Assembly (NCBI GenBank): GCA_964542435.1
Contig: CAZIVE010000004.1
Coordinates: 1 to 53,185 of the forward strand
Direction: 5' to 3'
DNA length: 53,185 nucleotides
Source of the DNA: an uncultured Parabacteroides sp.
Lineage (GTDB): Bacteria; Bacteroidota; Bacteroidia; Bacteroidales; Tannerellaceae
The number at the start of each line of letters is the position of its first letter. Position 1 is the first letter of the stretch. The notes beneath the pieces were generated by a model. That model saw only the letters and a program-made list of their open reading frames with translations. It did no database searches and was not told the origin of the DNA. The position numbers were made by a program, and so were the translations under genes. Of the stretch, positions 16,165 through 26,563 are shown piece after piece.

Positions 16165-18204
16165 ATGAAGCAAACGTTGAATTTGATTAAGAATGATCCG
16201 TGGCTGGCTCCTTATGAAGCGGCTATCGAAGGGCGTTATCTGTATAACATCGAGAAGGAACGCGATCTTACCGGCAACAATCGGATGACGCTTTCTCAGT
16301 TCGCCTCGGGATATCTCTATTTCGGTTTGCATAAGACCAACGAAGGATGGGTTTTCAGGGAATTTGCACCGAACGCTACGGCCATTTATCTGATTGGTAC
16401 ATTCAATAACTGGACAAAAGATGAGAACTACCGGCTTCATCCTATGGGTGACGGATCGTGGGAGATTCTGCTTCGTCCCGATCAGCTTCATCATGAAGAC
16501 CTTTATAAGATGTGGGTGGAATGGCAAGGCGGTGCCGGCGAACGTATTCCGGCTTGGACACGCCGCGTTGTTCAGGACGATAATACGAAGGTGTTCTCTT
16601 CGCAAGTCTGGAATCCTGCCAAATCCTATACGTTCAAGGTTAAGCATTTTCAGCCCAATGTGGCTCCGCTGCTGATCTATGAATGCCATATTGGTATGGC
16701 TACGTCGGAAGAAAAGGTGGGAACGTATGATGAATTCCGCCGTCTGGTGCTGCCGCGTGTCATTAAAGACGGATACAATGCCATTCAGATCATGGCCATT
16801 CAGGAACATCCTTATTACGGTTCGTTCGGTTATCATGTGAGCAGTTTCTTCGCAGCCTCTTCGCGTTTCGGAACGCCTGAAGAGTTGAAGCAGCTGATCG
16901 ACGAAGCCCATCAGAACGGCATTGCCGTCATCATGGATATCGTTCACAGTCATGCTGTGAAGAACGAAGTGGAAGGTCTGGCACGTATCGACGGAAGTTA
17001 TGACCTTTATTTCCATTCGGGTGAACGTCGCGAACATCCGGCTTGGGATTCGCTCTGCTTCGATTACGGCAAGAATTCCGTGATGCATTTCCTGCTCTCC
17101 AACTGCAAGTTCTGGCTCGATGAATATCACTTCGACGGATTCCGTTTCGACGGCGTCACATCCATGCTTTACTACAGCCACGGATTGGGCGAAGCTTTCT
17201 GCAATTATGACGATTACTATAACGGTCATCAGGACGGTGATGCAATCTGCTATCTGACTTTGGCCAACAAACTGATACACGAAGTCAATCCGGATGCCAT
17301 TACCATTGCCGAAGAGGTGAGCGGAATGCCGGGACTGGCTGCCCGAATCGTTGACGGCGGTTATGGTTTCGATTATCGTATGGCCATGAACATTCCGGAC
17401 TTCTGGATTAAGACGATCAAGGAGAAGAAGGATGAAGACTGGCATCCTTCATCGATCTGGTGGGAAACGACCAATCGTCGTGCCGATGAGAAGACCATTA
17501 GTTATGCCGAGAGTCATGATCAGGCGTTGGTGGGCGACAAGACCATCATCTTCCGTCTGATTGATGCCGACATGTATTGGCACATGATGGTTAACGACAA
17601 CAATCTGGTTGTGGAACGCGGTATTGCGCTTCATAAGATGATTCGCCTCGTCACGGCAACGACCATCAACGGCGGTTATCTGAACTTCATGGGCAATGAG
17701 TTCGGACATCCGGAATGGATCGATTTTCCTCGCGAAGGCAACGGATGGTCGTACAAATATGCCCGTCGTCAGTGGCAGCTGGTGGATGATATGAATCTGA
17801 AATATCATTTCCTCGGTGATTTTGACCGTGCCATGATCGAACTGATCGGCAAGGCGAAGGATTTCCAGAAACGGCCTGTTCAGAAGGTCTGGGACAACGA
17901 CGGCGATCAGATTCTCGCCTATATGCGTAAGGATCTTGTATTCGTTTTCAACTTCAATCCTTCCAAATCTTTCACCGATTATGGATTCCTCGTTCCGAAA
18001 GGCACGTATGAAGTGGTTCTCGACACCGATGATCCTCGTTACGGAGGTTTCGGACTTTCCGATGACAAGGTGGAACATTCCACCGTGCCCGATCCGCTTT
18101 ATGTGAAGGAAAAGAAGGAATGGCTCAAGCTTTATGTGCCGGCACGCTCCGCATTTGTACTGCGTAAGAAGCCTGCGAGAAGTCTGAAGACCAAGAAAGA
18201 GTAA
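16165..18204 (+). CDS. glgB: 1,4-alpha-glucan branching enzyme (GH13)
   Basis: The ORF is 679 aa. The four GH13 conserved regions are present: DIVHSHA, GFRFDGVTSM, IAEEVSG and YAESHDQ. Confidence 0.9.
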   Translation: MKQTLNLIKNDPWLAPYEAAIEGRYLYNIEKERDLTGNNRMTLSQFASGYLYFGLHKTNEGWVFREFAPNATAIYLIGTFNNWTKDENYRLHPMGDGSWEILLRPDQLHHEDLYKMWVEWQGGAGERIPAWTRRVVQDDNTKVFSSQVWNPAKSYTFKVKHFQPNVAPLLIYECHIGMATSEEKVGTYDEFRRLVLPRVIKDGYNAIQIMAIQEHPYYGSFGYHVSSFFAASSRFGTPEELKQLIDEAHQNGIAVIMDIVHSHAVKNEVEGLARIDGSYDLYFHSGERREHPAWDSLCFDYGKNSVMHFLLSNCKFWLDEYHFDGFRFDGVTSMLYYSHGLGEAFCNYDDYYNGHQDGDAICYLTLANKLIHEVNPDAITIAEEVSGMPGLAARIVDGGYGFDYRMAMNIPDFWIKTIKEKKDEDWHPSSIWWETTNRRADEKTISYAESHDQALVGDKTIIFRLIDADMYWHMMVNDNNLVVERGIALHKMIRLVTATTINGGYLNFMGNEFGHPEWIDFPREGNGWSYKYARRQWQLVDDMNLKYHFLGDFDRAMIELIGKAKDFQKRPVQKVWDNDGDQILAYMRKDLVFVFNFNPSKSFTDYGFLVPKGTYEVVLDTDDPRYGGFGLSDDKVEHSTVPDPLYVKEKKEWLKLYVPARSAFVLRKKPARSLKTKKE

Positions 18205-18232
18205 CATTTAATTCATAGACTAAAAACATCTC

Positions 18233-19213
18233 ATGACATTATATCCATTGACATTTCGCCCGCTTCTGAAGAAGATCATCTGGGGCGGTTCTGATATCTG
18301 CCCGTTCAAAGGCATTACGCCTGTCGAAAACGGAGTGGGCGAGAGTTGGGAACTTTCTCACGTGGAAGATAATTTCTCTATCGTCGCCAACGGTCCGCTT
18401 GCGGGGAAGTCGCTTGACGAACTGATTAACACGTATGGTGATCAGCTGGTAGGAGCGAAGGTCCGCGAACGTTTTGGACATCGTTTCCCGCTGCTCGTGA
18501 AGTTCATCGATGCGCGCGACAACCTTTCCATTCAGGTGCATCCCAATGACGAGCTGGCGAAGAAGCGCCACAACTCTTTCGGGAAGACGGAAATGTGGTA
18601 CGTCATTCACACCAATGGCGACGCAGCGCTCTATTCCGGTTTCAATCGTCCTGTCGATGCGGATGAATATGTGAAACGTGTGGCTGACGACACCTTCATG
18701 GAGATTCTGAAACGTTACGAAGTGAAGCCCGGTGATGTCTTCTTCCTTCCCGCAGGTCGTGTGCATGCCATCGGCTCAGGCTGCTTCCTCGCCGAGATTC
18801 AGCAGACCAGCAACATCACCTATCGCATCTACGACTACAAGCGAAAGGATGCTTCCGGCCACGAACGTGAATTGCATACGGAACTGGCCAAGGATGCCAT
18901 CGATTATACCTATTATCCCGACTGTCGTACGCATTACGTTTCCAAAGACAACGAGCCTGTCAATCTGGCTGACTGCACCTATTTCACGACCAATCTGATC
19001 GATGCCGACAAGCCGTTGGAACGTGATTTCAGCGCACTCGACTCGTTCGTTATCTATATCTGTATGGATGGTAAGGTGAAATTCACAGACGACAAAGGTA
19101 ATGAGCTGACCGTTCATCAGGGAACGACCGTCCTTTTCCCCGCCGACACAAAGAGCGTTCGTATCGAACCGCTTTCGAAAGTGAAGCTCCTCGAAAGCTT
19201 CATCGGGCAGTAA
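18233..19213 (+). CDS. manA: Class I mannose-6-phosphate isomerase
   Basis: The ORF is 326 aa. Cupin PMI motifs are SIQVHPNDELA, KTEMWYV and GDVFFLPAGRVHAIG. Confidence 0.8.
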   Translation: MTLYPLTFRPLLKKIIWGGSDICPFKGITPVENGVGESWELSHVEDNFSIVANGPLAGKSLDELINTYGDQLVGAKVRERFGHRFPLLVKFIDARDNLSIQVHPNDELAKKRHNSFGKTEMWYVIHTNGDAALYSGFNRPVDADEYVKRVADDTFMEILKRYEVKPGDVFFLPAGRVHAIGSGCFLAEIQQTSNITYRIYDYKRKDASGHERELHTELAKDAIDYTYYPDCRTHYVSKDNEPVNLADCTYFTTNLIDADKPLERDFSALDSFVIYICMDGKVKFTDDKGNELTVHQGTTVLFPADTKSVRIEPLSKVKLLESFIGQ

Positions 19214-19214
19214 A

Positions 19215-19470
19215 ACGGATGTAGAAGCCCTCAAAACCGGGTAAAAAGCATTCCGACGAGTGTAGAAGTCCTATTTCCTCGGTAAAAAGCATTTCGACGG
19301 ACGTAGAAGTCCAAAAAACCGGGTAAAAAGCATTCCGACGAGCGTAGAAGTCCTATTTCCTCAGTAAAAAGCATTTCGACGGATGTAGGAGTCCAAAAAA
19401 CCGGGTAAAAAGTATTCCTACACTTGTTGAAGCCCAAAACAACCCTTGGAAAGCACTTCAGCCGATGTAG
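19215..19470. repeat. Tandem array with an exact 41-bp period and an alternating A/B (82-bp) higher-order structure, about 6 units
   Basis: Units start at 19215, 19256, 19297, 19338, 19379 and 19420. The odd units are acggaYgtagaagNcc...aaaaccgggtaaaaagcattccg. The even units are acgagYgtagaagtcctatttcctcRgtaaaaagcatttcg. The array starts 2 nt after the manA stop codon. Confidence 0.9.
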
Positions 19471-19542
19471 GGCGAGGATAATAGGTGTGTAATCTTGTCA
19501 ATTTGTCCGATAAATAGTATCTTTACGGCAAATTTGTAAGAG

Positions 19543-20682
19543 ATGACAGAACTGAAGGAAATACCATCGCCATGTTATGTAATGGAAGAGCGTTTACTGA
19601 GACGAAACCTCGCATTGATCAAGGATGTGAAAGATCGTGCCAATGTGGACATCATTCTTGCCTTCAAAGCCTTCGCTTTGTGGAAGACCTTTCCCATTTT
19701 CCGCGAATATATCTCCAGTTCCACGGCCAGCTCCGTCAATGAGGCCCGTCTGGCTTACGAAGAGTTCGGCAGCAAAGCTCATACCTATTCGCCGGCTTAT
19801 ACGGCGCACGACTTTCCGAAGATCCTGCATTACAGCAGCCATATCACCTTCAATTCCCTTTCGCAGTTCGAACATTTCTATCCGGTCGTCTGCCGTTTCG
19901 GCGGTGGCGTATCTTGTGGACTCCGCATCAATCCGGAATATTCGAAAGTGGAGACAGCCCTTTACAATCCTTGTGCTCCCGGATCGCGCATGGGAATTAC
20001 GTCGGATCTGTTAGGTGACAGGCTTCCCGAAGGTGTTGAAGGTCTCCATTTCCATACGCTCTGCGAATCCACTTCGTATGAATTGGAACGCACGCTGGAA
20101 GCTGTCGAACAACGTTTCGGACGTTTCCTCCCGCAGATCAAATGGCTGAACATGGGCGGCGGACATCTGATGACTCGTGAGGACTACGATGTCGAGCATC
20201 TGATTCGCCTGCTTCAGGCTTTCAAGCAGAAACATCCCAATCTGCGTCTCATCCTTGAGCCAGGCAGTGCTTTTGCCTGGCAGACGGGATTTCTGATCGC
20301 AACCGTTGTTGACATCGTGGAAAATCACGGCATCAAGACGGCCATTATCGATGCTTCGTTCACCTGCCACATGCCTGACTGTCTCGAGATGCCTTACAAG
20401 CCCGCCATCAGAGGTGCCATAGAACCTCGCGAAGGCCTTCCCACTTATCGCATCGGCGGCAACAGTTGTCTGAGCGGTGATTTCATGGGCGACTGGACCT
20501 TCATGCAGCCGCTGAAGATCGGCGACCGGTTGATTTTTGAAGATATGATACATTATACGACGGTTAAGACAAACATGTTCAATGGCATTTCGCATCCATC
20601 CATAGCGATGCTTCACAGCGACGGCTCGTTGGAGATGTTGCGTGTTTTTGATTACGAAGATTATAAAAATAGAATGGATTGA
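19543..20682 (+). CDS. nspC: Carboxynorspermidine/carboxyspermidine decarboxylase
   Basis: The ORF is 379 aa. The N-terminus IPSPCYVMEERLLRRNLALI, the MGGGH motif and the C-terminal GGNSCLSGD motif are characteristic of the NspC branch of alanine-racemase-fold decarboxylases. Confidence 0.75.
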   Translation: MTELKEIPSPCYVMEERLLRRNLALIKDVKDRANVDIILAFKAFALWKTFPIFREYISSSTASSVNEARLAYEEFGSKAHTYSPAYTAHDFPKILHYSSHITFNSLSQFEHFYPVVCRFGGGVSCGLRINPEYSKVETALYNPCAPGSRMGITSDLLGDRLPEGVEGLHFHTLCESTSYELERTLEAVEQRFGRFLPQIKWLNMGGGHLMTREDYDVEHLIRLLQAFKQKHPNLRLILEPGSAFAWQTGFLIATVVDIVENHGIKTAIIDASFTCHMPDCLEMPYKPAIRGAIEPREGLPTYRIGGNSCLSGDFMGDWTFMQPLKIGDRLIFEDMIHYTTVKTNMFNGISHPSIAMLHSDGSLEMLRVFDYEDYKNRMD

Positions 20683-20747
20683 TTGCTGTTTCATTGATTA
20701 AGTGTAACTTAGCTGTGTCATAAAAGGAAATAATTAGAAATAGAAAT

Positions 20748-21701
20748 ATGGGTTTATTCAGTTTTTTCGGTAAAGAAAAGAAGGAGACGCTTGACAAAGG
20801 CCTTTCCAAGACAAAGGAAAGCGTTCTTTCAAGGATTACCAGAGCCATAGCAGGTAAAAGCAAGGTTGACGACGATGTTCTCGACAATCTGGAAGAGGTT
20901 TTGGTCACTTCTGATGTGGGCGTTGAAACGACGCTCAAGATTATTGACAGGATTCAGGCAAGAGTCGCAAAGGATAAGTACGTAACGACGCAGGAACTGA
21001 CCGGCATTCTCCGTGACGAGATTGCCAGTCTGCTGACTGAAAACAACACCGAAGATACGGCGAGCTTCGATGTCCCCGAAGGAAAGAAGCCTTATGTCAT
21101 CATGGTCGTCGGTGTGAATGGAGTGGGCAAGACCACAACGATCGGTAAACTTGCCTATCAGTTCAAGAAGGCCGGCAAAAACGTTTATCTGGGTGCTGCC
21201 GATACGTTCCGTGCCGCTGCTGTCGAACAGCTGGAGATTTGGAGCGACCGCGTGGGCGTTCCCATTGTCAAGCAGAAGATGGGTGCCGATCCGGCATCCG
21301 TGGCTTTCGATACCTTGAACTCTGCCAAAGCGAACGGCGCAGACGTGGTGTTGATCGATACGGCCGGACGTCTCCACAACAAAATCAATCTGATGAACGA
21401 ACTTACCAAAATCAAGAATGTGATGAAGAAGGTCGTTCCCGATGCACCTCATGAGATTCTTCTCGTCCTAGATGGCTCTACCGGACAGAACGCATTCGAA
21501 CAAGCCAAGCAGTTTACGGCAGCCACGGAAGTCAACGCATTGGCCGTGACCAAACTCGACGGAACGGCTAAAGGCGGTGTCGTGATCGGTATCTCGGATC
21601 AGTTCCACATTCCTGTCAAATACATCGGATTGGGCGAAGGCATCGAAGACCTTCAGCTGTTCCGCAAGAAGGAGTTTGTAGATTCACTGTTTGGCAATTA
21701 A
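20748..21701 (+). CDS. ftsY: Signal recognition particle receptor FtsY
   Basis: The ORF is 317 aa. SRP-GTPase G motifs are GVNGVGKTTTIGKLA, DTAGR and TKLDGTAKGG. Confidence 0.92.
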   Translation: MGLFSFFGKEKKETLDKGLSKTKESVLSRITRAIAGKSKVDDDVLDNLEEVLVTSDVGVETTLKIIDRIQARVAKDKYVTTQELTGILRDEIASLLTENNTEDTASFDVPEGKKPYVIMVVGVNGVGKTTTIGKLAYQFKKAGKNVYLGAADTFRAAAVEQLEIWSDRVGVPIVKQKMGADPASVAFDTLNSAKANGADVVLIDTAGRLHNKINLMNELTKIKNVMKKVVPDAPHEILLVLDGSTGQNAFEQAKQFTAATEVNALAVTKLDGTAKGGVVIGISDQFHIPVKYIGLGEGIEDLQLFRKKEFVDSLFGN

Positions 21702-21710
21702 TCACCGGGC

Positions 21711-23009
21711 ATGCGAAGAAACAAAGTAGATATCATTACGCTCGGCTGTTCGAAGAATCTTGTCGATTCCGAACATCTGATGCGACAATTCAAAGCCAAC
21801 GGTTACACGGTGGATCATGATCCTCACAAGATCAATGGTGAGATCGTTGTGGTCAATACGTGCGGTTTCATCGGCGACGCTCAGGAGGAATCGGTGAATA
21901 TGATTCTCGAGTTGGGCGAAGCGAAAAAGCAGGGAAAGATTGGCAAACTGTTCGTGATGGGTTGTCTTTCCGAACGTTTCAAAAGTGATTTGCTGAAGGA
22001 GATTCCCGAGGTGGATCATTACTATGGCAAGTTCGACTGGAAGAATCTGCTCTCCGATATCGGAAAGTCTTACTATCAGGATTTGGCAGCAGAACGTCTT
22101 CTCACTACGCCCAAACATTATGCCTATCTGAAGATCGCCGAAGGTTGCGACCGCACCTGCGCCTATTGTTCCATTCCTCTTAGTACGGGCCGTTATCAGT
22201 CCCGTCCGATGGAAGAGATTGAAGAAGAAACCCGACATCTGGTGAAGCACGGAGTGAAGGAACTGCAGCTAATCGCGCAGGATCTCACCTATTATGGTGA
22301 AGATTTGTACCATCGTGCGGCATTACCGGAACTGGTGGAACGTCTTTCCGACATCAAAGGTGTGGAATGGATCCGGCTGCATTACGGTTATCCTGCCCAT
22401 TTTCCTATGGATTTGCTGCGTGTGATGCGTGAACGCGATAATGTCTGCAAGTATATGGACATCGCGCTTCAGCACATCAGTGACAACATGCTTAAGAAGA
22501 TGCGTCGCAACATTACTTCTGCCGAAACGTATGAACTGCTTGACCGTATGCGTTCTGAAGTTCCAGGCATTCATATCCGCACAACGTTAATCACAGGTTT
22601 TCCGGGAGAGACGGAAGATGATTTCGAACAACTGAAAGTGTTTGTTCAGAAGGCGCGTTTCGAACGTATGGGTGCTTTTGCCTATAGTCATGAAGAGGGA
22701 ACCTATTCATGGAAACACTACAAAGATGATGTGCCTCAGGATGTGAAACAGTCTCGTCTCGATGAGTTGATGCAGATTCAGGAGGGCATTTCCTTGGATG
22801 TGAATGAATCGAAGATAGGCCAGCGGATGAAGGTGATGCTCGACCGAGAGGAAGAGGATTTCTTCGTAGGCCGCACGCAATATGATTCTCCGGAAGTCGA
22901 TCCGGAGATGCTGATCACGAAAACGAAGCCGCTTGTCAGCGGTACGTTCTATAATGTAGAGGTCACAGGTGCTCAGCCTTTCGACCTATATGGGAAAGTC
23001 GTAGAATGA
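21711..23009 (+). CDS. rimO: Ribosomal protein S12 methylthiotransferase RimO
   Basis: The ORF is 432 aa. It has the MTTase N-domain (ITLGCSKN, VNTCGF), the radical-SAM motif CDRTCAYCSIP, and a C-terminal TRAM-like domain. Confidence 0.9.
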   Translation: MRRNKVDIITLGCSKNLVDSEHLMRQFKANGYTVDHDPHKINGEIVVVNTCGFIGDAQEESVNMILELGEAKKQGKIGKLFVMGCLSERFKSDLLKEIPEVDHYYGKFDWKNLLSDIGKSYYQDLAAERLLTTPKHYAYLKIAEGCDRTCAYCSIPLSTGRYQSRPMEEIEEETRHLVKHGVKELQLIAQDLTYYGEDLYHRAALPELVERLSDIKGVEWIRLHYGYPAHFPMDLLRVMRERDNVCKYMDIALQHISDNMLKKMRRNITSAETYELLDRMRSEVPGIHIRTTLITGFPGETEDDFEQLKVFVQKARFERMGAFAYSHEEGTYSWKHYKDDVPQDVKQSRLDELMQIQEGISLDVNESKIGQRMKVMLDREEEDFFVGRTQYDSPEVDPEMLITKTKPLVSGTFYNVEVTGAQPFDLYGKVVE

Positions 23010-23029
23010 AATAAATACGGGAAGAACTT

Positions 23030-23317
23030 ATGAACAACAAAGAACTTGTTACGCTATTAGCCAATGAAATGAAGTGGTCAACTGACGAGACGTCACGTAC
23101 GCTGGCTACTCTTGGCTCTGTCATTACCAAGAACCTGACAGACAACAATACGGTTGCCATTCAAGGTTTCGGACAGTTCGAGGTGAAGAAGAAGAACGAG
23201 CGCATCTCGGTGAATCCTTCCAACGGAAAGCGTTATCTGGTTCCTCCCAAATTGGTTCCCATTTTCCGTCCCGGTACGACCATCAAGAACAGATTAAAAG
23301 GGCTGGAGCATGAATGA
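23030..23317 (+). CDS. HU/IHF-family DNA-binding protein
   Basis: The ORF is 95 aa. It has the HU fold signature GFGQFEVKKKNERISVNPSNGKRYLVPPKLVPIFRPG. Confidence 0.85.
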   Translation: MNNKELVTLLANEMKWSTDETSRTLATLGSVITKNLTDNNTVAIQGFGQFEVKKKNERISVNPSNGKRYLVPPKLVPIFRPGTTIKNRLKGLEHE

Positions 23318-24554
23318 GCGTCTGAATATACAGGATCTTGCCGCTCAGATAGCCGCTGAGACCGGCAAAGACAAAGAGACCATCGAGACCTTTTTGAGAA
23401 ATCTCGTGTTGGCTGTGTCCGATGCTCTTTCCGAAGATAAGATCGTGAAGGTAAAAGGTATCGGTACTTTTAAAGTCCTTCTTGCCGAGAAACGGGAGAG
23501 CGTGCATGTGAATACCGGTGAACGGTTTGTCATTCCGGAACATTATAAGTTCTCGTTCCTTCCCGATAAGGAGATGAAGGATGCCATCAATCAACCTTTC
23601 TCCGCGTTCGAAACGACGGAGATAACCAATGATGCATTGCTCGCAGATCTCGATCTGAAGGAAGAAGAATCCGATAAGGAAGAGGATGAAGATTCAGAAG
23701 AGTCAACGTCTCTCTTTGAAGAACGAGAAGAGGTCGCCTCTGCTCCAATCGAAAGCACACAGCAGGAAGAGACGCAGGTTCAGCCTTCGACTCATTTCCA
23801 TGAAGCGAACGAACCTCTGCCGATGCCATCAGAACCGGAGCCTCTTCAGGCAGAACCGGAAGAGATGGAACCATCCGCTGTTCTTAATGAAACATTGAAT
23901 AATCAGAAACCTGCGGAGCCGGAACCCGTGAAACCGTGTGCGGTGACGGTGCCAAATCATGAAACGCTGATAGCCGAATCGGATAAGAGATCTATTGAAT
24001 ATAAGGAACGTTTTAAGAAAATACAGTATCAGCTGGCATCTGAAAAAGAGAACTACCATCGTATGCGCAATTGGATGACGATCATTACAGTCCTGTTTGC
24101 GCTAACCGCTTTGGCAAGCGTGTTGTGCTGCGTTTGGTTATTTAATCAGAACAGGCAGTTGAAGAGCATACTCTTCAACGCCTCTTCTCCAACACCTGCT
24201 GTTGTTTTGGCTCCTGTCGATTCTGTCGTCCAGAAAGACACCGTTCAGACAGCCGATACCATTCAGGCGACCCAAATGAAGTCAAAGACAACCGAGCCTG
24301 AGATCTTGGGCGAAGAAGAGATTCGACCGGGCATCAATCTGGCTCGTTTAGCAAAGAAATATTATGGGAATAGTGTCTTCTGGGTTTATCTCTATCAGTT
24401 TAATAGTGAGAAATTGGGAGATCCGAACAATGTTCCCATTGGTACCAAAATCAAGATTCCATCAAAAGGACATTATCAGATTGATGCTGGAAGTAAAGAG
24501 TCGTTGAAAGCCGCGTCGGCGCTTCAAACGCAAATATTGACTAAGTATCAGTAA
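23310..24554 (+). CDS. HU-domain fusion protein with an acidic linker, a TM segment and a C-terminal LysM-like domain
   Basis: The ORF is 414 aa. The N-terminus is HU-like (KVKGIGTFKVLLAEKRESVHVNTGERFVIPEHYKFSFLP). It has an acidic low-complexity linker and a TM helix (WMTIITVLFALTALASVLCCVWLF). The C-terminal region INLARLAKKYYGNSVFWVYLYQFN..IPIGTKIKIP resembles LysM. It overlaps the HU gene by 8 nt. Confidence 0.5.
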   Translation: MNERLNIQDLAAQIAAETGKDKETIETFLRNLVLAVSDALSEDKIVKVKGIGTFKVLLAEKRESVHVNTGERFVIPEHYKFSFLPDKEMKDAINQPFSAFETTEITNDALLADLDLKEEESDKEEDEDSEESTSLFEEREEVASAPIESTQQEETQVQPSTHFHEANEPLPMPSEPEPLQAEPEEMEPSAVLNETLNNQKPAEPEPVKPCAVTVPNHETLIAESDKRSIEYKERFKKIQYQLASEKENYHRMRNWMTIITVLFALTALASVLCCVWLFNQNRQLKSILFNASSPTPAVVLAPVDSVVQKDTVQTADTIQATQMKSKTTEPEILGEEEIRPGINLARLAKKYYGNSVFWVYLYQFNSEKLGDPNNVPIGTKIKIPSKGHYQIDAGSKESLKAASALQTQILTKYQ

Positions 24555-24694
24555 TAATCCTTATTTTAAATGGTTGTGACAGATTAGTTAGTATTATTTA
24601 ACTGCTTTTCTGTTCCATGCATTTTTAACATTTCTAATTTTGTGCTTCGAAAATGACAAAGAATAAATACATAACTATAATTTGAAATACTTGT

Positions 24695-25690
24695 ATGAGT
24701 CAAACAGTTGACATTCGTGAGTTGAACGAACGAATTGAAAGCAAAAGTTCGTTCGTGAATATGATTACAATGGGAATGGACCAGGTGATTGTCGGTCAGA
24801 AACATTTGGTAGAATCATTGTTGATTGGCTTGCTCTCTGATGGCCATATCCTTTTGGAAGGTGTTCCTGGTCTTGCCAAGACCCTCGCTATCAAAACCCT
24901 TGCATCTTTGATTGATGCCAAATATAGTAGAATCCAGTTCACGCCGGATCTATTGCCTGCTGACGTTATCGGAACGATGATCTACAGCCAGAAGAACGAA
25001 GAGTTCCAGGCTAAGTTGGGTCCTATCTTTGCAAACTTTGTGTTGGCTGATGAAATCAACCGTGCTCCGGCAAAAGTACAGAGTGCATTGCTTGAGGCCA
25101 TGCAGGAGCGCCAAGTGACCATTAGTGAGAATACCTATAAGCTGCCTGATCCATTCTTGGTTATGGCTACTCAAAACCCAATCGAACAAGAAGGAACTTA
25201 TCCGTTGCCCGAAGCTCAGGTGGATCGTTTCATGCTGAAGGTCATCATCAGTTATCCGAAGAAAGAGGAGGAAAAACTGATTATCCGCGAGAACATTGCA
25301 GGTGAAATGCCACAAGTCCAGAAAACGTTGACCAAAGATGAGATTATCGAAGCCCGCAAGGTTGTTCGTGAAGTTTATCTCGATGAGAAGATTGAACGTT
25401 ACATCGTAGATATCGTTTTCGCTACTCGTTTCCCGGCAGAATACGGATTGCCCAATCTGGCAAATATGATATCCTTTGGTGCATCTCCTCGTGCCTCCAT
25501 CAATTTGGCTTTGGCTGCACGTGCATATGCATTCATCAAACGTCGTGGTTATGTCATTCCGGAAGATATCCGTGCCGTATGCCATGATGTAATGCGTCAT
25601 CGTATCGGTTTGAGCTACGAAGCAGAAGCAAACAACTTAACACCCGAAGAGGTTATCAGTGAGATTCTGAACAAAGTAGAGGTGCCTTAA
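24695..25690 (+). CDS. moxR: MoxR-family AAA+ ATPase (first gene of the Bat operon)
   Basis: The ORF is 331 aa. It has Walker A LEGVPGLAKT, Walker B VLADEINRA, and the MoxR-typical FMLKV and GASPRA motifs. Confidence 0.9.
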   Translation: MSQTVDIRELNERIESKSSFVNMITMGMDQVIVGQKHLVESLLIGLLSDGHILLEGVPGLAKTLAIKTLASLIDAKYSRIQFTPDLLPADVIGTMIYSQKNEEFQAKLGPIFANFVLADEINRAPAKVQSALLEAMQERQVTISENTYKLPDPFLVMATQNPIEQEGTYPLPEAQVDRFMLKVIISYPKKEEEKLIIRENIAGEMPQVQKTLTKDEIIEARKVVREVYLDEKIERYIVDIVFATRFPAEYGLPNLANMISFGASPRASINLALAARAYAFIKRRGYVIPEDIRAVCHDVMRHRIGLSYEAEANNLTPEEVISEILNKVEVP

Positions 25691-26559
25691 TGGAAACGAG
25701 TGAACTTTTAAAGAAAGTCCGACAGATCGAAATCAAGACACGAGGACTCTCTCGTAATATTTTTGCCGGTCAGTATCATTCAGCGTTCAAAGGACGAGGA
25801 ATGGCGTTCAGCGAGGTACGCGAATATCAGTATGGTGATGATATCCGTGATATCGATTGGAATGTCACAGCTCGTTACGTTCGCCCATACGTGAAAGTAT
25901 ATGAGGAAGAGCGTGAGTTGACCGTCATGTTGCTGATTGATGTTTCCGGAAGTCGCGATTTTGGAACGGTGAACGTGATGAAGAAAGATATCATCACAGA
26001 GATCGCTGCAACGCTCGCTTTCTCAGCTATTCAGAACAATGATAAGATCGGCGTGATTTTCTTCTCTGACAAAATCGAAAAGTTCATTCCTCCTTTGAAG
26101 GGAAGAAAACATATCTTGTACATTATCCGGGAATTGATCGATTTTCAGCCAGAAGACAAGCAGACAGATATTGCTCAAGTTCTGAAATATATGACGAATG
26201 CAATCAAGAGACGCTGTACGGCATTTGTTATCTCTGACTTTATCAATAAAGGGAATTATAAGGATGCACTTACGATTGCCAATCGTATCCACGACGTTGT
26301 AGCTATACAGGTTTACGATCGTAGAGATGCAGAACTGCCTAAAGTAGGTCTGATGAAAGTCAAGGATGCAGAAACCGGGAAAGAGATGTGGATAGACAGT
26401 TCTGCTGCCAATGTTCGCAATGCTTTTGCCGAATGGTGGAACAAACGTCAGTCGATCATGGACGAGACCTTCAAGAAATGTCACGTCGATTCTATCTCCA
26501 TTCGTACAGAAGATGATTATGTGAAGTCCTTACTGGCTTTGTTCCAACAACGAAATTGA
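25690..26559 (+). CDS. DUF58-family (VWA-like) protein
   Basis: The ORF is 289 aa. It has YQYGDDIRDIDWNVTAR and a MIDAS-like LIDVSGS. Its start overlaps the moxR stop by 1 nt. Confidence 0.8.
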   Translation: METSELLKKVRQIEIKTRGLSRNIFAGQYHSAFKGRGMAFSEVREYQYGDDIRDIDWNVTARYVRPYVKVYEEERELTVMLLIDVSGSRDFGTVNVMKKDIITEIAATLAFSAIQNNDKIGVIFFSDKIEKFIPPLKGRKHILYIIRELIDFQPEDKQTDIAQVLKYMTNAIKRRCTAFVISDFINKGNYKDALTIANRIHDVVAIQVYDRRDAELPKVGLMKVKDAETGKEMWIDSSAANVRNAFAEWWNKRQSIMDETFKKCHVDSISIRTEDDYVKSLLALFQQRN

Positions 26560-26563
26560 AAAC

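Noticed and set aside
16144-17445. A long antisense ORF (433 aa) lies opposite glgB. There are many similar ones: 17449-18207, 10498-11118, 20011-20694, 20829-21452, 24950-25600, 37109-37762, 38226-38831, 42454-43227, 47245-48192, 48882-49658 and 50090-50800.
   Set aside because: Each lies fully inside a sense-strand gene that has unmistakable family motifs. Their translations are low-complexity or His/Arg/Ile-rich with no recognisable domains. These are shadow ORFs, an expected by-product of codon bias.
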